64,000 bases of DNA, from assembly GCA_030141605.1 (NCBI GenBank), contig JAQGDQ010000896.1, forward strand, positions 18,854-82,853. The letters are read 5' to 3'. A model generated the notes under the pieces. The model saw only the letters and a program-made list of their open reading frames with translations. It had not been told where the DNA came from and ran no database searches. The DNA is from Tubiluchus corallicola. Taxonomy: Eukaryota; Animalia; Priapulida. Positions 52,891-64,000 of this stretch are shown here, in pieces. Both the position numbers and the translations under genes were made by a program. Every line of letters begins with the position of its first letter. Positions within the stretch are counted from its first letter, which is position 1.

Positions 52891-53604
52891 TAGTAAAGTG
52901 TATTACAGATATGTAAGGCCTGCCATTTAAACAAGAAGATCTTAATAATTTAAAAATCAGATACTGCATAAAGTTTAACATTCCTTCTTAAAGGCAAGTT
53001 CACTTTGAAATATGTGCACAACAAAACACAATCATTGATAATGTTAGACGCTGTAAAAGTTAAGTTTCAGACGTCCCACTGCAATTGTGAGCAATTTTGC
53101 AATTCCTTTTCTATTACAATTAAAACTTTGTTCGCTTTACATTTGACACCAGTAAATTTAAGCCAAAGTTTATTAAAAGACAATAAAACAACGCTACATA
53201 TGCTCCCTAAACGGAATATTCCATTTTACACATTTGGCGATTATTATCGTCTTCCTAATAGGATCAATGGCGCAACTTAAGAAATTTTCAAGACATTTTC
53301 ATGTTTTTGCTAGGAGGTGACCTTCAGCTTCCACTTTAAAGGTTGACATATAATGAGCAGGTAAGAGTATCCCGCATCAAGCAACAGATACCTACAGAGC
53401 GAACAGTAAAATGCAGTTCTAACAAATGTGACAACATTGAACACGCGGAATGCAAAACAATCGGGTTCAAACCCAGTGGAAGAAAATTTTTTCGGTTAAC
53501 TAAGTTATTACTCTTATATATATATATCTGTGTGTGTGTGTGTGCGTGCGTGCGTGCGTGTGTGTATTTATATGTATAATATAATATCTATATAAGAATA
53601 TATG

Positions 53605-53908
53605 GAAGGAGTTTAGAATTCTCCACACAATTTAAATACCATAAGCCTAAACATAACCCTAACCCATGACTAACCCTAACCTGAACCCTAACACTAACCA
53701 TAAAGTGCTGTTTGTGTAGCATGAGGATGCCGATGCATTTTCCTCCTACGGAAAACAAATGAACAGGAGGAAATAGCTGCGAAAGCCAATTTTATCTATT
53801 CCAAAATGCATCAGCATCCGCAAGTTACATAAACGCCATTTAACTGTACTCCTAATCCACTGCAGGAATTAATTTCTTGTGTGTGGCGAATCGTAACCTT
53901 TAGCTGAA
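53605..53908. mobile_element. Second copy of the CCCTAA-bearing TIR element, in TA-rich microsatellite
   Basis: GAAGGAGTTTAGAATT..CACACAATTTAAATACC, a short CCCTAA run, then TTCTTGTGTGTGG..AATCGTAACCTT. Confidence 0.65.
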
Positions 53909-53959
53909 TATATGAATATATATATACATATATGTATATATATATATTTGGCTAAAGTT

Positions 53960-54022
<63 letters not shown>

Positions 54023-55051
54023 GTATGTATATAATCTTTATTTGCTAATAAAATTGATACTCATAGGCACAGAAGCATACAATAACACAGCAGCATGAGA
54101 ATAAAATTCAAAACTGTTAAAGGCAAATGCGTCTATTGTGCAAACTAAAAACTACTGCGGACAGAAATATAAAACAAAAATTACAATATTATTTCCAAAT
54201 TATAATACACCCTATATACAAGATATACACACAATTTAGAAAGTGCGTCATCATTAAAATATGTAGGATTTTGCAAAAAATCTAAGATATGTATTTTTAA
54301 TTTTGATTTAAATTTACGTAAAGACTTGATTTAATTTTAAATTTTGTGGCAGAACATTTCAAAGTTTAACTGCCTGTTTAGTGATAGACTTATTTCCGTA
54401 TTAGTTGTTAGTGAGTATTTGTTTAATGTCACGTGTTCTTCGGTTTAGTGTTGGGTTTGGGAGGAGTGGAAGTTTATTTTTAATGAAAGGAGTGTTAATA
54501 TTATTGACGTACTTGTATAAAAGTAGGATCGTGAGCAGACATAAACGAAATGTAAACCAGAATAGCAAGAATTTATAAGAAAATGCACACCAACTGGCTA
54601 AGCAGGAGTTTTAGAACAACATTAACATCTTTGAATTATTCTGGCATCGGCACAGATGTTGTTCAGCAAAGAATTTAAAGCTGTTTCAGCTTGATTTCAC
54701 CTAATCTGTTTATGTGCTGGCAAAAATAGCGAGTTACTAATTCGCATCTAATTAAAATTTCATTTATGCTAATACCCTGCTTTATAAATTTCATTTATGC
54801 TTTATTTAACTTAACAGGCCATCTTCTACTGAGTATATTAAACATAAAAATATTAATATATAGGGGAAGCTGGGGAACATTAAACAGGAGAAAAGGTGAT
54901 AAACTTTTGCAGCAAACAGCAAGTTCTCGAATATTATCACACTTTTGCTATTTTTAAAACTAACATTGGAAAAAACTAGCCTTTGGTTTCACATACTATA
55001 AGATTGAAACCATAGATTTTTCCTTTCATTGGTCAACAAAAAACCCATAGT

Positions 55052-55225
<174 letters not shown>

Positions 55226-55483
55226 TTTTCTTTGTCCTCTCTTTTTCTACTGTTTCCTATATTTTCATTTTTCCTCTCTCTGTTTCATCCTCCTCTTCTC
55301 TGTCCTCTCCTCTCTTTTCCGCATTTTATCATATTTTCATTATCTCCCCCTCTCTTGCTCAATTTCTCTGTTTCTCATAAGAAGAGTCCTTCTTTTTCAA
55401 GAATAAAAACGTACCTATTCTGAACTGCCCTTCTATCTTTAGAAATCTGAAAGCTGCCTCAAATCATCGAGCAGTTTGGTTTA

Positions 55484-55777
<294 letters not shown>

Positions 55778-56824
55778 TTAATTAGTGCAACGAGCAACAA
55801 ATGTAATGAGTTTGTGGCGATGATTACTTTTTATGACGAATTAATTATTTAAATGTATTTTAAATTTTAATGAATTTTGAATGAATTTTATTGTTCAGTC
55901 TGCTGTGATTGCTGAGATGCTGTACTGCATTATAAACAAATTTTGCATTAAAAACTTGAAGTTTTACGAAAGAATTGCCATCATTCAGGGCACATAAAGA
56001 CTTAAAAACATTTTTGACGTCAAACTGCATAACCAGTCAGTGCACTGTCACTTGTCATTTTGCAATCTTTTATAAAAGCCTTAATGAATGGATTAATGTT
56101 AATTTTCATTTTTTTTTAATTTTTAATGTCTGTCGGCTAGCAATTATCTTAATTTTTCTTTACTATTTGCAACGTTTGTCGATTGTTATTGTAAAGCAAA
56201 AATTTCACTCCTTGTGAAGCACTATCAATGTTAAACAAAAATCAGCTTTTGGAGGCAATAATTATAAATTTTAAAGATCCAATTCTATGCAGATAAAAAG
56301 AACATGTTACTAAGTTATGTTTGTTTTAGTTACTGAATCTAGTGCTACTTTTATTCAGTAACAAAGATGGCTGCTTTCACCAACAATTTTAGTTTTGCAC
56401 TTTAATCTAATATTTTGTTATAATTGTAGAAGTAGGCACTGAAGAGCTCTGCTGAAAAGTCGTTCAATTCAATTACTGCATGACTGCATATACCTGTACA
56501 CTGTGCAATAAATGCTGAAACTTTACCATCATGGTCTTAGTATTATTTAAAGCATTATGTTCAACAAAAGGAGATAAATATAGGGCAGAAGCCTGAGGAT
56601 AAAAAAGGACAGACACCCGGAGATGAAGATGCAATAAAAATGCAATAAAATTTCACTCACAGTGAACTGGATAGCTTTTCTGGCTTCTGATTAAACTTAC
56701 CGGTTTAAGTAATCATAAGAAATAGTCAGAAAAAACTCAAGTTTAACAACCTCAGTTGTTTATTAACTGTACTCGAATAAATTTTGCTGTAGCCTTCTTT
56801 TCATACATTATTATACAATGTTGA

Positions 56825-57170
56825 TTAACCCTTTCATACCCGTTGTATCCCGTGGGATACGAGAATATTTTCTGCCTTTAAAATTAATAAAATTTTAAAA
56901 ATGACAGTTATTTGATCTGTTAATAGTTATTTTGATTTAAGCCAATAACAATAGACTAAAAATGGTGATAAAATGCAAACTAGAAAATCTACATAGCATA
57001 AAAAACTGCGCAAGGTACAGTACTTTAGAGATGACTTTGTACAGATCAGCATAGCATGCATACTAAATGTCTTAAATACTTTAAAAAATTATCAGCAGTT
57101 GCAAAATGAAGCATATTTTATGCTTCCATTGAATCCCAATGTATCCCGTGGGATACAGGCTATATTTAGC
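56825..57170. mobile_element. piggyBac-like relic (left end)
   Basis: TTAA|CCCTTT start. The near-palindromic GTATCCCGTGGGATAC occurs twice (56845, 57142). No clear right end. Confidence 0.4.
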
Positions 57171-57976
57171 ACGGGGGCACAGGTAGAAAAAAATAATTAT
57201 TATGTGTAAACAAGATGGGCACACTGAACAAAGGAACCAAGCCAAAAAAAACTTATTAAAAAAATAATTTGGGACTAAAAGAGATGATCTATTGTAATGT
57301 TTTGTGTAGCTATTCTTTGTATAAAAATTCCTGTTATCTGTTATATGAATAAAATGAGCAGGTTCAATTCGTATTCCAAGTTTTAGTGCATTAACACACA
57401 TATTTGAACCGCATGTTTTAGTTCCAACACACAATACGTCACGACAGCTAATATAAGTGCTGACAAAATTTATTGATGTCCATTGAAATAAATGATAATA
57501 ATGTTGAAGAGATTTTAATCTACAGATTTCGTCCTCCTCTTCTTCTTCTATATTTTATGAGCTTGGTGTGCTAGCTGCTCATGAAGATTTCCTCCCAGGG
57601 CAATGGAAACAAGGCAAAATGATTGTTTACATTCGTATCCATGGCAACGAGAACTTCCCGGCGATTCCCGGGGTGGATTTTACAGTAAAATAGCTTTTAG
57701 GTTGAGTTTGAGTGTTAGAATTAAAGACCTGAGAGACTGTTGATGTATGAAAGAGAAAGTGTGTGGAAATGTATTTACTTTTGTGCTAAGTAATAAGATG
57801 TCTGATCTTTCATAGCTGAAATAAATTACGCAGATGAGAAGTTTATAACCTTGGCGACAGTTAAAAATGAAATATTTTGAAATTAGACTTCAAGCATTTA
57901 ATGGAGTTCGTTTAAAAAAGAGCGGTTTCTTTAAAATGTTTTCTTGATGTTATAGCACCTTTACCACATTGATATA

Positions 57977-58240
57977 CAGGGTGTCTCATAAGTCACCACA
58001 CACTTATTTCCAATTTCTTCTTCAATTTTTCTCCAATTTCAGCAAGCTCTTACGGCAATTGTTTTCACTTATTTTTTGACTGGAACTCAGTTGCTATGGT
58101 GACAATGGCATCAGATTTTCTTCTAACACGACTAAAAGACCTGCCCTAGCTTTTAGTTCATCTTTACCAATTTTCAAACACTTTCCTTTGTCTGTTAAAA
58201 ATATAGAAAATGTAAAATGTATAGTGACTTTACGCACCCA
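57977..58240. mobile_element. mariner-like MITE relic
   Basis: TA|CAGGGTGTCTCATAAGTCAC ... GTGACTTTACGCACCC imperfect TIRs. Confidence 0.5.
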
Positions 58241-58837
58241 TTTGTTTTACACTTGTTAACCTAATTGCTGCTGTTCCTGGGAAGAGCAAATGAGTTAATG
58301 ACAAATTCAATTCAGTGTAACAGAGTGGTTGACCTACGATCTTCGCCTTTTGATTCTGAAACCGTTACTTTAATTCTATCGTTGATCAACTGTAACCAAG
58401 ATCGGTAATGTAAATATAGCAACAAAAGTCCTTTTCATATCTATGACTGGGGTTTCTCGTTTCTCATCTCTCGTTGCTCACCAAGTGTGTTTACAATCAG
58501 TTTATTTCCATTTGCATTATTCTTTTTGGATTTTTGGATACTGAGTGGTGAAATATGCAAAAATTCTGACACTTGGTTGCAAGACCCTGTGGAGAGTATA
58601 TGTACATCCATTCATCAGTAAATTGTTGGTATTATCACAATTTATTCTAGCAATTCAGTCTAATATACTGATGAAGTGTATCTAAAGGTAACTAATGGTA
58701 ATTCCGTGAATTCAGAGGTTATGTTATGAGACAATAAAGACAGTAGATATCGTCTATTATTTTCTTTGTTGTCTGTTGAAAGCATAATCTTCTTCTCGCG
58801 TAAACATCACTACCGTCATATCAAGAGTACCTAATAC

Positions 58838-58938
58838 TAGATCAAGATACAGATTATAGAATGTGATAGCATTATAGAATTATAATAGCATTAACATTCT
58901 ATAATGCTATTATATTCTATAATCTATATCTTCATCTA
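58838..58938. repeat. Inverted repeat, 43-bp arms with 4 mismatches, 15-nt loop
   Basis: tagatcaagatacagattatagaatgtgatagcattatagaat versus attctataatgctattatattctataatctatatcttcatcta. Confidence 0.85.
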
Positions 58939-59407
58939 TGTATGTGTGACATTCAATCTCTTGGGCTTTATTGATGTTTGAAGCATGGTTTCCTACTATA
59001 AATGTGACTTCACTCATTTATACTCAACATACTAATCTGCCAAGCTGTTATTGACTTATTGTCACAGAGCAAATGATTTACTGAGAAATTTATTACAGGA
59101 TCTTTGTGATGAATCACTATCTTTGTCTTCAATAAATAGCTCACTTCTCTGCTGTTGCTAAATGCTGTTATATTATACCCTCATTAGTTGTCACCATCTG
59201 TGTATGTGTGATATAATATCTCTTGCTTTATTCATATTTACAGCATGATTTTCTAATATAGCTTAAATATGTTTTGTGACTTCATTTATTTCGATGATGC
59301 ATTCATTTTACACTTGTTATTCTAATTTACGAAACTGTTATTGTGACATGAAGAACAAATGATTTACTAATGTTTAATACTAGATGGAGACACAATACTA
59401 AACATTT

Positions 59408-59456
59408 TAGTTTAGTATTTTTTAAGACTAGTCTAGTCTTTAAAAATACTAAACTA
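59408..59456. repeat. Near-perfect palindrome, 24-bp arms
   Basis: tagtttagtattttttaagactag, t, ctagtctttaaaaatactaaacta. Confidence 0.85.
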
Positions 59457-61166
59457 GACATTTTTTAAAGACAGTGTAACATTGTGATTGTATCACAAAT
59501 TCACAGTCTCTGGTTTTCGGAAATAGTTACTTTGATTTTGCCATTTTCTACAAAGCGGCTATCATTATAGCCTCTTTCTATGCCTCTGTCTATGTGTGTG
59601 TGACACATAATATCTTTGGTCGGCTAGCGGAAATGAAATCTCTTGGTTTCCCGCGAGATCACCAGCTTCTTGCATTAGCAGGGCGGATAAATCATTAATA
59701 GCATCATATTCATGGTTTTTGCCAGCAGATCCAACATTCGATTGAGGAATTAATATTTTATTAGCACAAGAGCGGCGGCTGTGAAGAAAATAATAATAAC
59801 CTAGGCAAGGATATGTGTATTTGCATCTCAGATGTGTGAGGGGCATCGACGGATGGCCAGAGGGTGTGGAGTGGTTGAGAGATGGGAAGCTGAGCATAGT
59901 GTGAGGCGGTGGCTGAGTAGCCGGGATGTGTGAGATGGCTGAGTGACTATAGGTGAGCAGCCATGGTGTGAGGGGTGAACATGACGTGTAGGGCAGCTGA
60001 GTGACCATGAGTGTGGGAAGCGGACAGCTAAGTGGAGGTGGCTTAGTGGCCAGGACGTATGGGTAGCTGACTGGCCATGTTGTGTGGAGGTGGTTGAGTG
60101 ACCATGGTGCCTGGCATTAAGCAACATAGCGACTGATTTGTAAGCTACTGCTTTTCTGCTTCTTACTCTTTGGCGCTAATTATAGGAGGTGATGAACGCA
60201 TCACCATCTACTAAAGTTGAATCTACTATACCTGAAAGCTGATCGTACAGTCATAATACCACTCATCTCATAATACTACTAATCTCGAACAGGACGACAT
60301 AAAGCTAGTGTTTTGATGTGTTTTAATGTTACTACAACATATATTGCATGTGATCACTTGCCTTGAAAAGCTTACTGGCTCAACTGTTTCAGTTTAGGGG
60401 GGCATGACTAGGACTGATCAAGCATGTTTGTATTACTACAAAAAGCTAATCAATATTCTTAAAAATTCACAAGAGAATAGACAAGAAGCAGAATAAGCGA
60501 AAAAGATGCAAACACACCAAATGAGCAAAGGACGGGCGAAGACCACAACAGATATAAATAACATATAAATGTTGCTAATCTCTCAAACTCACATTTTCTG
60601 TTCCCAAGATAAGCCATAACATGGTAAGCCTACCACAAGTTTGCAAATGCAGATTCATACAAATTCACATATAATATGTACCTGTAAGGTACCACCTGTT
60701 ATTTTTGTGACATACCGTGTTGCATCATCTATTTAGGCATCACAAATAAGACCAGATTGACATGACTGCACAGCATTATAATCACCAAGTACTCCTACTA
60801 AGCCAGCCTTTAATATGTTTACAATTATGACTTGGTATTGCTTAGTCCTGAAACTTAATGTCTTGTATATACATTTGATGGTCCCGAAAGTACTAGTGGT
60901 CTTGGAAGTTGGTCACTTGATCATTTTCTCCATTACTCTGGCCTTTGAATGCATATTTCATAGTCCTGAAAGTCGTGGCCTTGAAGTTTATTTTCCACCA
61001 CTCTGGTCTTGGATACATATTTGATTAGGCCTAAAAGTCATGATCTTAAACTTTATATTTTTCTCGACTACATTGATCTCATATACACATTTGCTTACGT
61101 TTAAAAGTCCGGATATTAGACTCCATTTTTTCCAGTATGTCTGGCCTTGGATGCATCCTCTGACCC

Positions 61167-61660
61167 AAGTCCAATCTGTTATTCATGGAATGTAAGCTGT
61201 GATCACACAAAAGTCCTATCTGTTATTCATGGAATGTAAGGCAGTGATCACACAAAAGTCCAATCTGTTATTCATGGAATGTAGACAGTGATCACACAAA
61301 AGTGCAATCTGTTATTCATGGAATGTAGGCAGTGATCACACAAAAGTCCTATCTGTTATTCATGGAATGTAAGGCAGTGATCACACAAAAGTCCAATCTG
61401 TTATTCATGGAATGTAGACAGTGATCACACAAAAGTGCAATCTGTTATTCATGGAATGTAGGCAGTGATCACACAAAAGTCCTATCTGTTATTCATGGAA
61501 TGTAAGGCAGTGATCACACAAAAGTCCAATCTGTTATTCATGGAATGTAGACAGTGATCACACAAAAGTCCAATCTGTTATTCATGGAATGTAGACAGTG
61601 ATCACACAAAAGTCCAATCTGTTATTCATGGAATGTAGGCAGTGATCACATAAAAGTCCT
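61167..61660. repeat. Minisatellite, 44-45-bp unit x11
   Basis: Unit aagtccaatctgttattcatggaatgtagacagtgatcacacaa. Confidence 0.95.
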
Positions 61661-62156
61661 CTCTACTCAAGCCTCGAGTAGTATTAGTTATTGTTGGGCA
61701 TGCCAATTAGTCAAGTTCCATCTTTTCCTATTATTCCTGGAATGTGATCACACAAATTATTAACTGGACCAACTTCTCAAATGTCACCTCTTGATCAAGT
61801 AACTTGATCACAACAAGCAGCATATGCATCAACTGCTCAATTGCCACTTAAGGGTAATTCGTTGGAACTGATTGTACATGATTTTGTGTTATATGAACTA
61901 ACTGCTTGTTACTCTTCTGATCAAACTATGCAGCCTTTTATAATCAAACATACCAAGTCCATCTCACAATTTTGGGATTATTCACACAACATAATACAAG
62001 CCATCATACATAACTAATGAATTCTCACCTAAAATATCTGTAATTAGATCAGTGGACCACGCATAGAGCATGATCAAGTAAGCATTCACTTGCATCAGTT
62101 AATCAAATCAAGCAATTATTCCTGTAACCAAATCTGTGGATGATCATGTAAACTCT

Positions 62157-62598
62157 CATCTGCACCAGTTACTCAAGTCACAACTGTTATTCTTGCAACC
62201 AGTACAGTGGGCCAAGCAGAGAGCCTGAATTAGCAGTCACCTGCACCAGTTACTCAAGTCGCAACTGTTATTCTTGCAACCAGTCCAGTGGGCCAAGCAT
62301 AGAGCCTGAATTAGCAGTCATCTGCACCAGTTACTCAAGTCCCAACTGTTATTCTTGCAACCAGTCCAGTGGGCCAAGCAGAGAGCCTGAATTAGCAGTC
62401 ATCTGCACCAGTTACTCAAGTCGCAACTGTCATTCTTGCAACCAGTCCAGTGGGCCAAGCATAGAGCCTGAATTAGCAGTCATCTGCACCAGTTACTCAA
62501 GCCCCAACTGTTATTCTTGCAACCAGTCCAGTGGGCCAAGCAGAGAGCCTGAATTAGCAGGCATATGCACCAGTTACTCAAGCCCTAGCTGTTATTCC
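62157..62598. repeat. Tandem repeat, 81-bp unit x about 5.4
   Basis: tgcaccagttactcaag recurs at 62161, 62242, 62323, 62404, 62485 and 62566. Confidence 0.95.
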
Positions 62599-63424
62599 TG
62601 GGAAATGATCACACCTAAACAGCCCACGCAATGACATTCTAAAAATGTCACCAAAGAAAGCATCAATTTCAAAAGCGACTTATCACAGGAAGCCAAGGAT
62701 GCAGATCAGGGGCCTGTTACCATAGCAACTACCGCCAGTTTCTGATCATAATCAATCAGAATAGAATTGACGAAAATTAGACAATCAGACAATCTGATGC
62801 AAAAATAATTATTTTCTAGAGAAGCCTAGCAGCAAAATTTGCCATAGTGCAAAGAATTCAACTGCAGTTGAACTCTGTGGGCATGTACAGTGTGAATGCC
62901 ACAATTTTTATGTGTACCACGCTGCTTAAAACTACAGGGTAAATAACAGACTGACTGGCAAATTGAACAACTAAAGAGAACCTAATCAGGAAATAGATTA
63001 TAAAGAATTGAAGTTCCAATAATTATGTTTGCGAGGACAACATTAATCAGCTATTATACTAATTTGTGTTGTTATCAGTAAATTAAACATTATTTTAATT
63101 AACCATTATGGCTGTATTTATAAAAACAAGTGAAAAGTCCTTTTTGGCGAGTGTCAAGCTGAGGAATCGGATGAGGCGCGCTTCTGCTCTGGTGCAGAGT
63201 ACACGACTGTTGTGTTCAGATCTGTCAAGCTGATTAGAGTAGTACGTTGAGGCAGTGAAGCAAGGAATATTATGCAAGGTTTTATTGAGAATCAATTTGT
63301 AAAGACATCTATAATAGTAATAGTATCAGGAATGTTAAATATTTCTGAACACATTGTGGGTATCTCATCTTTTCTGCTTGTGTGCTTAGCCACTTCTGTA
63401 AGATACCTCTCCCAAGAAATATCT

Positions 63425-64000
63425 AAAAACAACTCAAGATCAAACGAACAAAGACGAGACAGATCAGAAAAGGAAACACCGAAAAACATTTCAAGATCAG
63501 ACAAACGAAGATGAGACTGATCAGAAAAGGAAACACCGAAAAACAACTCAAGATCAGACAAACAAAGATGAGACTGATCAGAAAAGGAAACACCGAAAAA
63601 CAATTCAAGATCAGACAAACGAAGATGAGACTGATCAGAAAAGGAAACACCGAAAAACAACTCAAGATCAGACAAATGAAGATGAGACAGATCAGAAAAG
63701 GAAACACCGAAAAACAACTCAAGTCAAACAAACAAAGACGAGACAGATCAGAAAAGGAAACACCGAAAAACATTTCAAGATCAGACAAACGAAGATGAGA
63801 CTGATCAGAAAAGGAAACACCGAAAAACAACTCAAGATCAGACAAACAAAGATGAGACTGATCAGAAAAGGAAACACCGAAAAACAATTCAAGATCAGAC
63901 AAACGAAGATGAGACTGATCAGAAAAGGAAACACCGAAAAACAACTCAAGATCAGACAAATGAAGATGAGACAGATCAGAAAAGGAAACACCGAAAAACA
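63425..64000. repeat. Minisatellite, 57-bp unit with 5-mer higher-order period, truncated by the window end
   Basis: Unit aaacaactcaagatcagacaaacaaagatgagactgatcagaaaaggaaacaccgaa. The variant pattern repeats at 284 bp. Confidence 0.93.

Noticed and set aside
58093-58191. Possible extra CaMKI exon on - (acag acceptor, short open frame)
   Set aside because: No kinase similarity, an in-frame stop, and it lies within a mariner-like MITE.

Overview
AT-rich animal genomic DNA, probably from an invertebrate (GT-AG introns, tRNA-derived SINEs, many MITEs and minisatellites, TTAGGG-type repeats). Four protein-coding genes are supported. (1) An MFSD4-like MFS transporter on +, with 10 coding exons at 11054-20382; its N-terminal exon(s) were not found in the window. 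(2) An intronless COX20 ORF at 24519-24866 (+). (3) An intronless HGH1/FAM203 ORF at 24910-25998 (+), only 43 nt after COX20. (4) CaMKI on -, with 6 exons at 55757-36565; its 5' exons were not found. The main finding is the COX20-HGH1 pair. The spacer has no poly(A) signal and no AG dinucleotide, the first AATAAA follows HGH1, and there is a candidate shared 5' non-coding exon. This fits one transcription unit making two unrelated proteins, by a bicistronic mRNA or by alternative 3' splice choice. A second finding is an intronic telomere-like array that sits inside a dispersed inverted-repeat element. All coordinates were read by eye and no database search was run.
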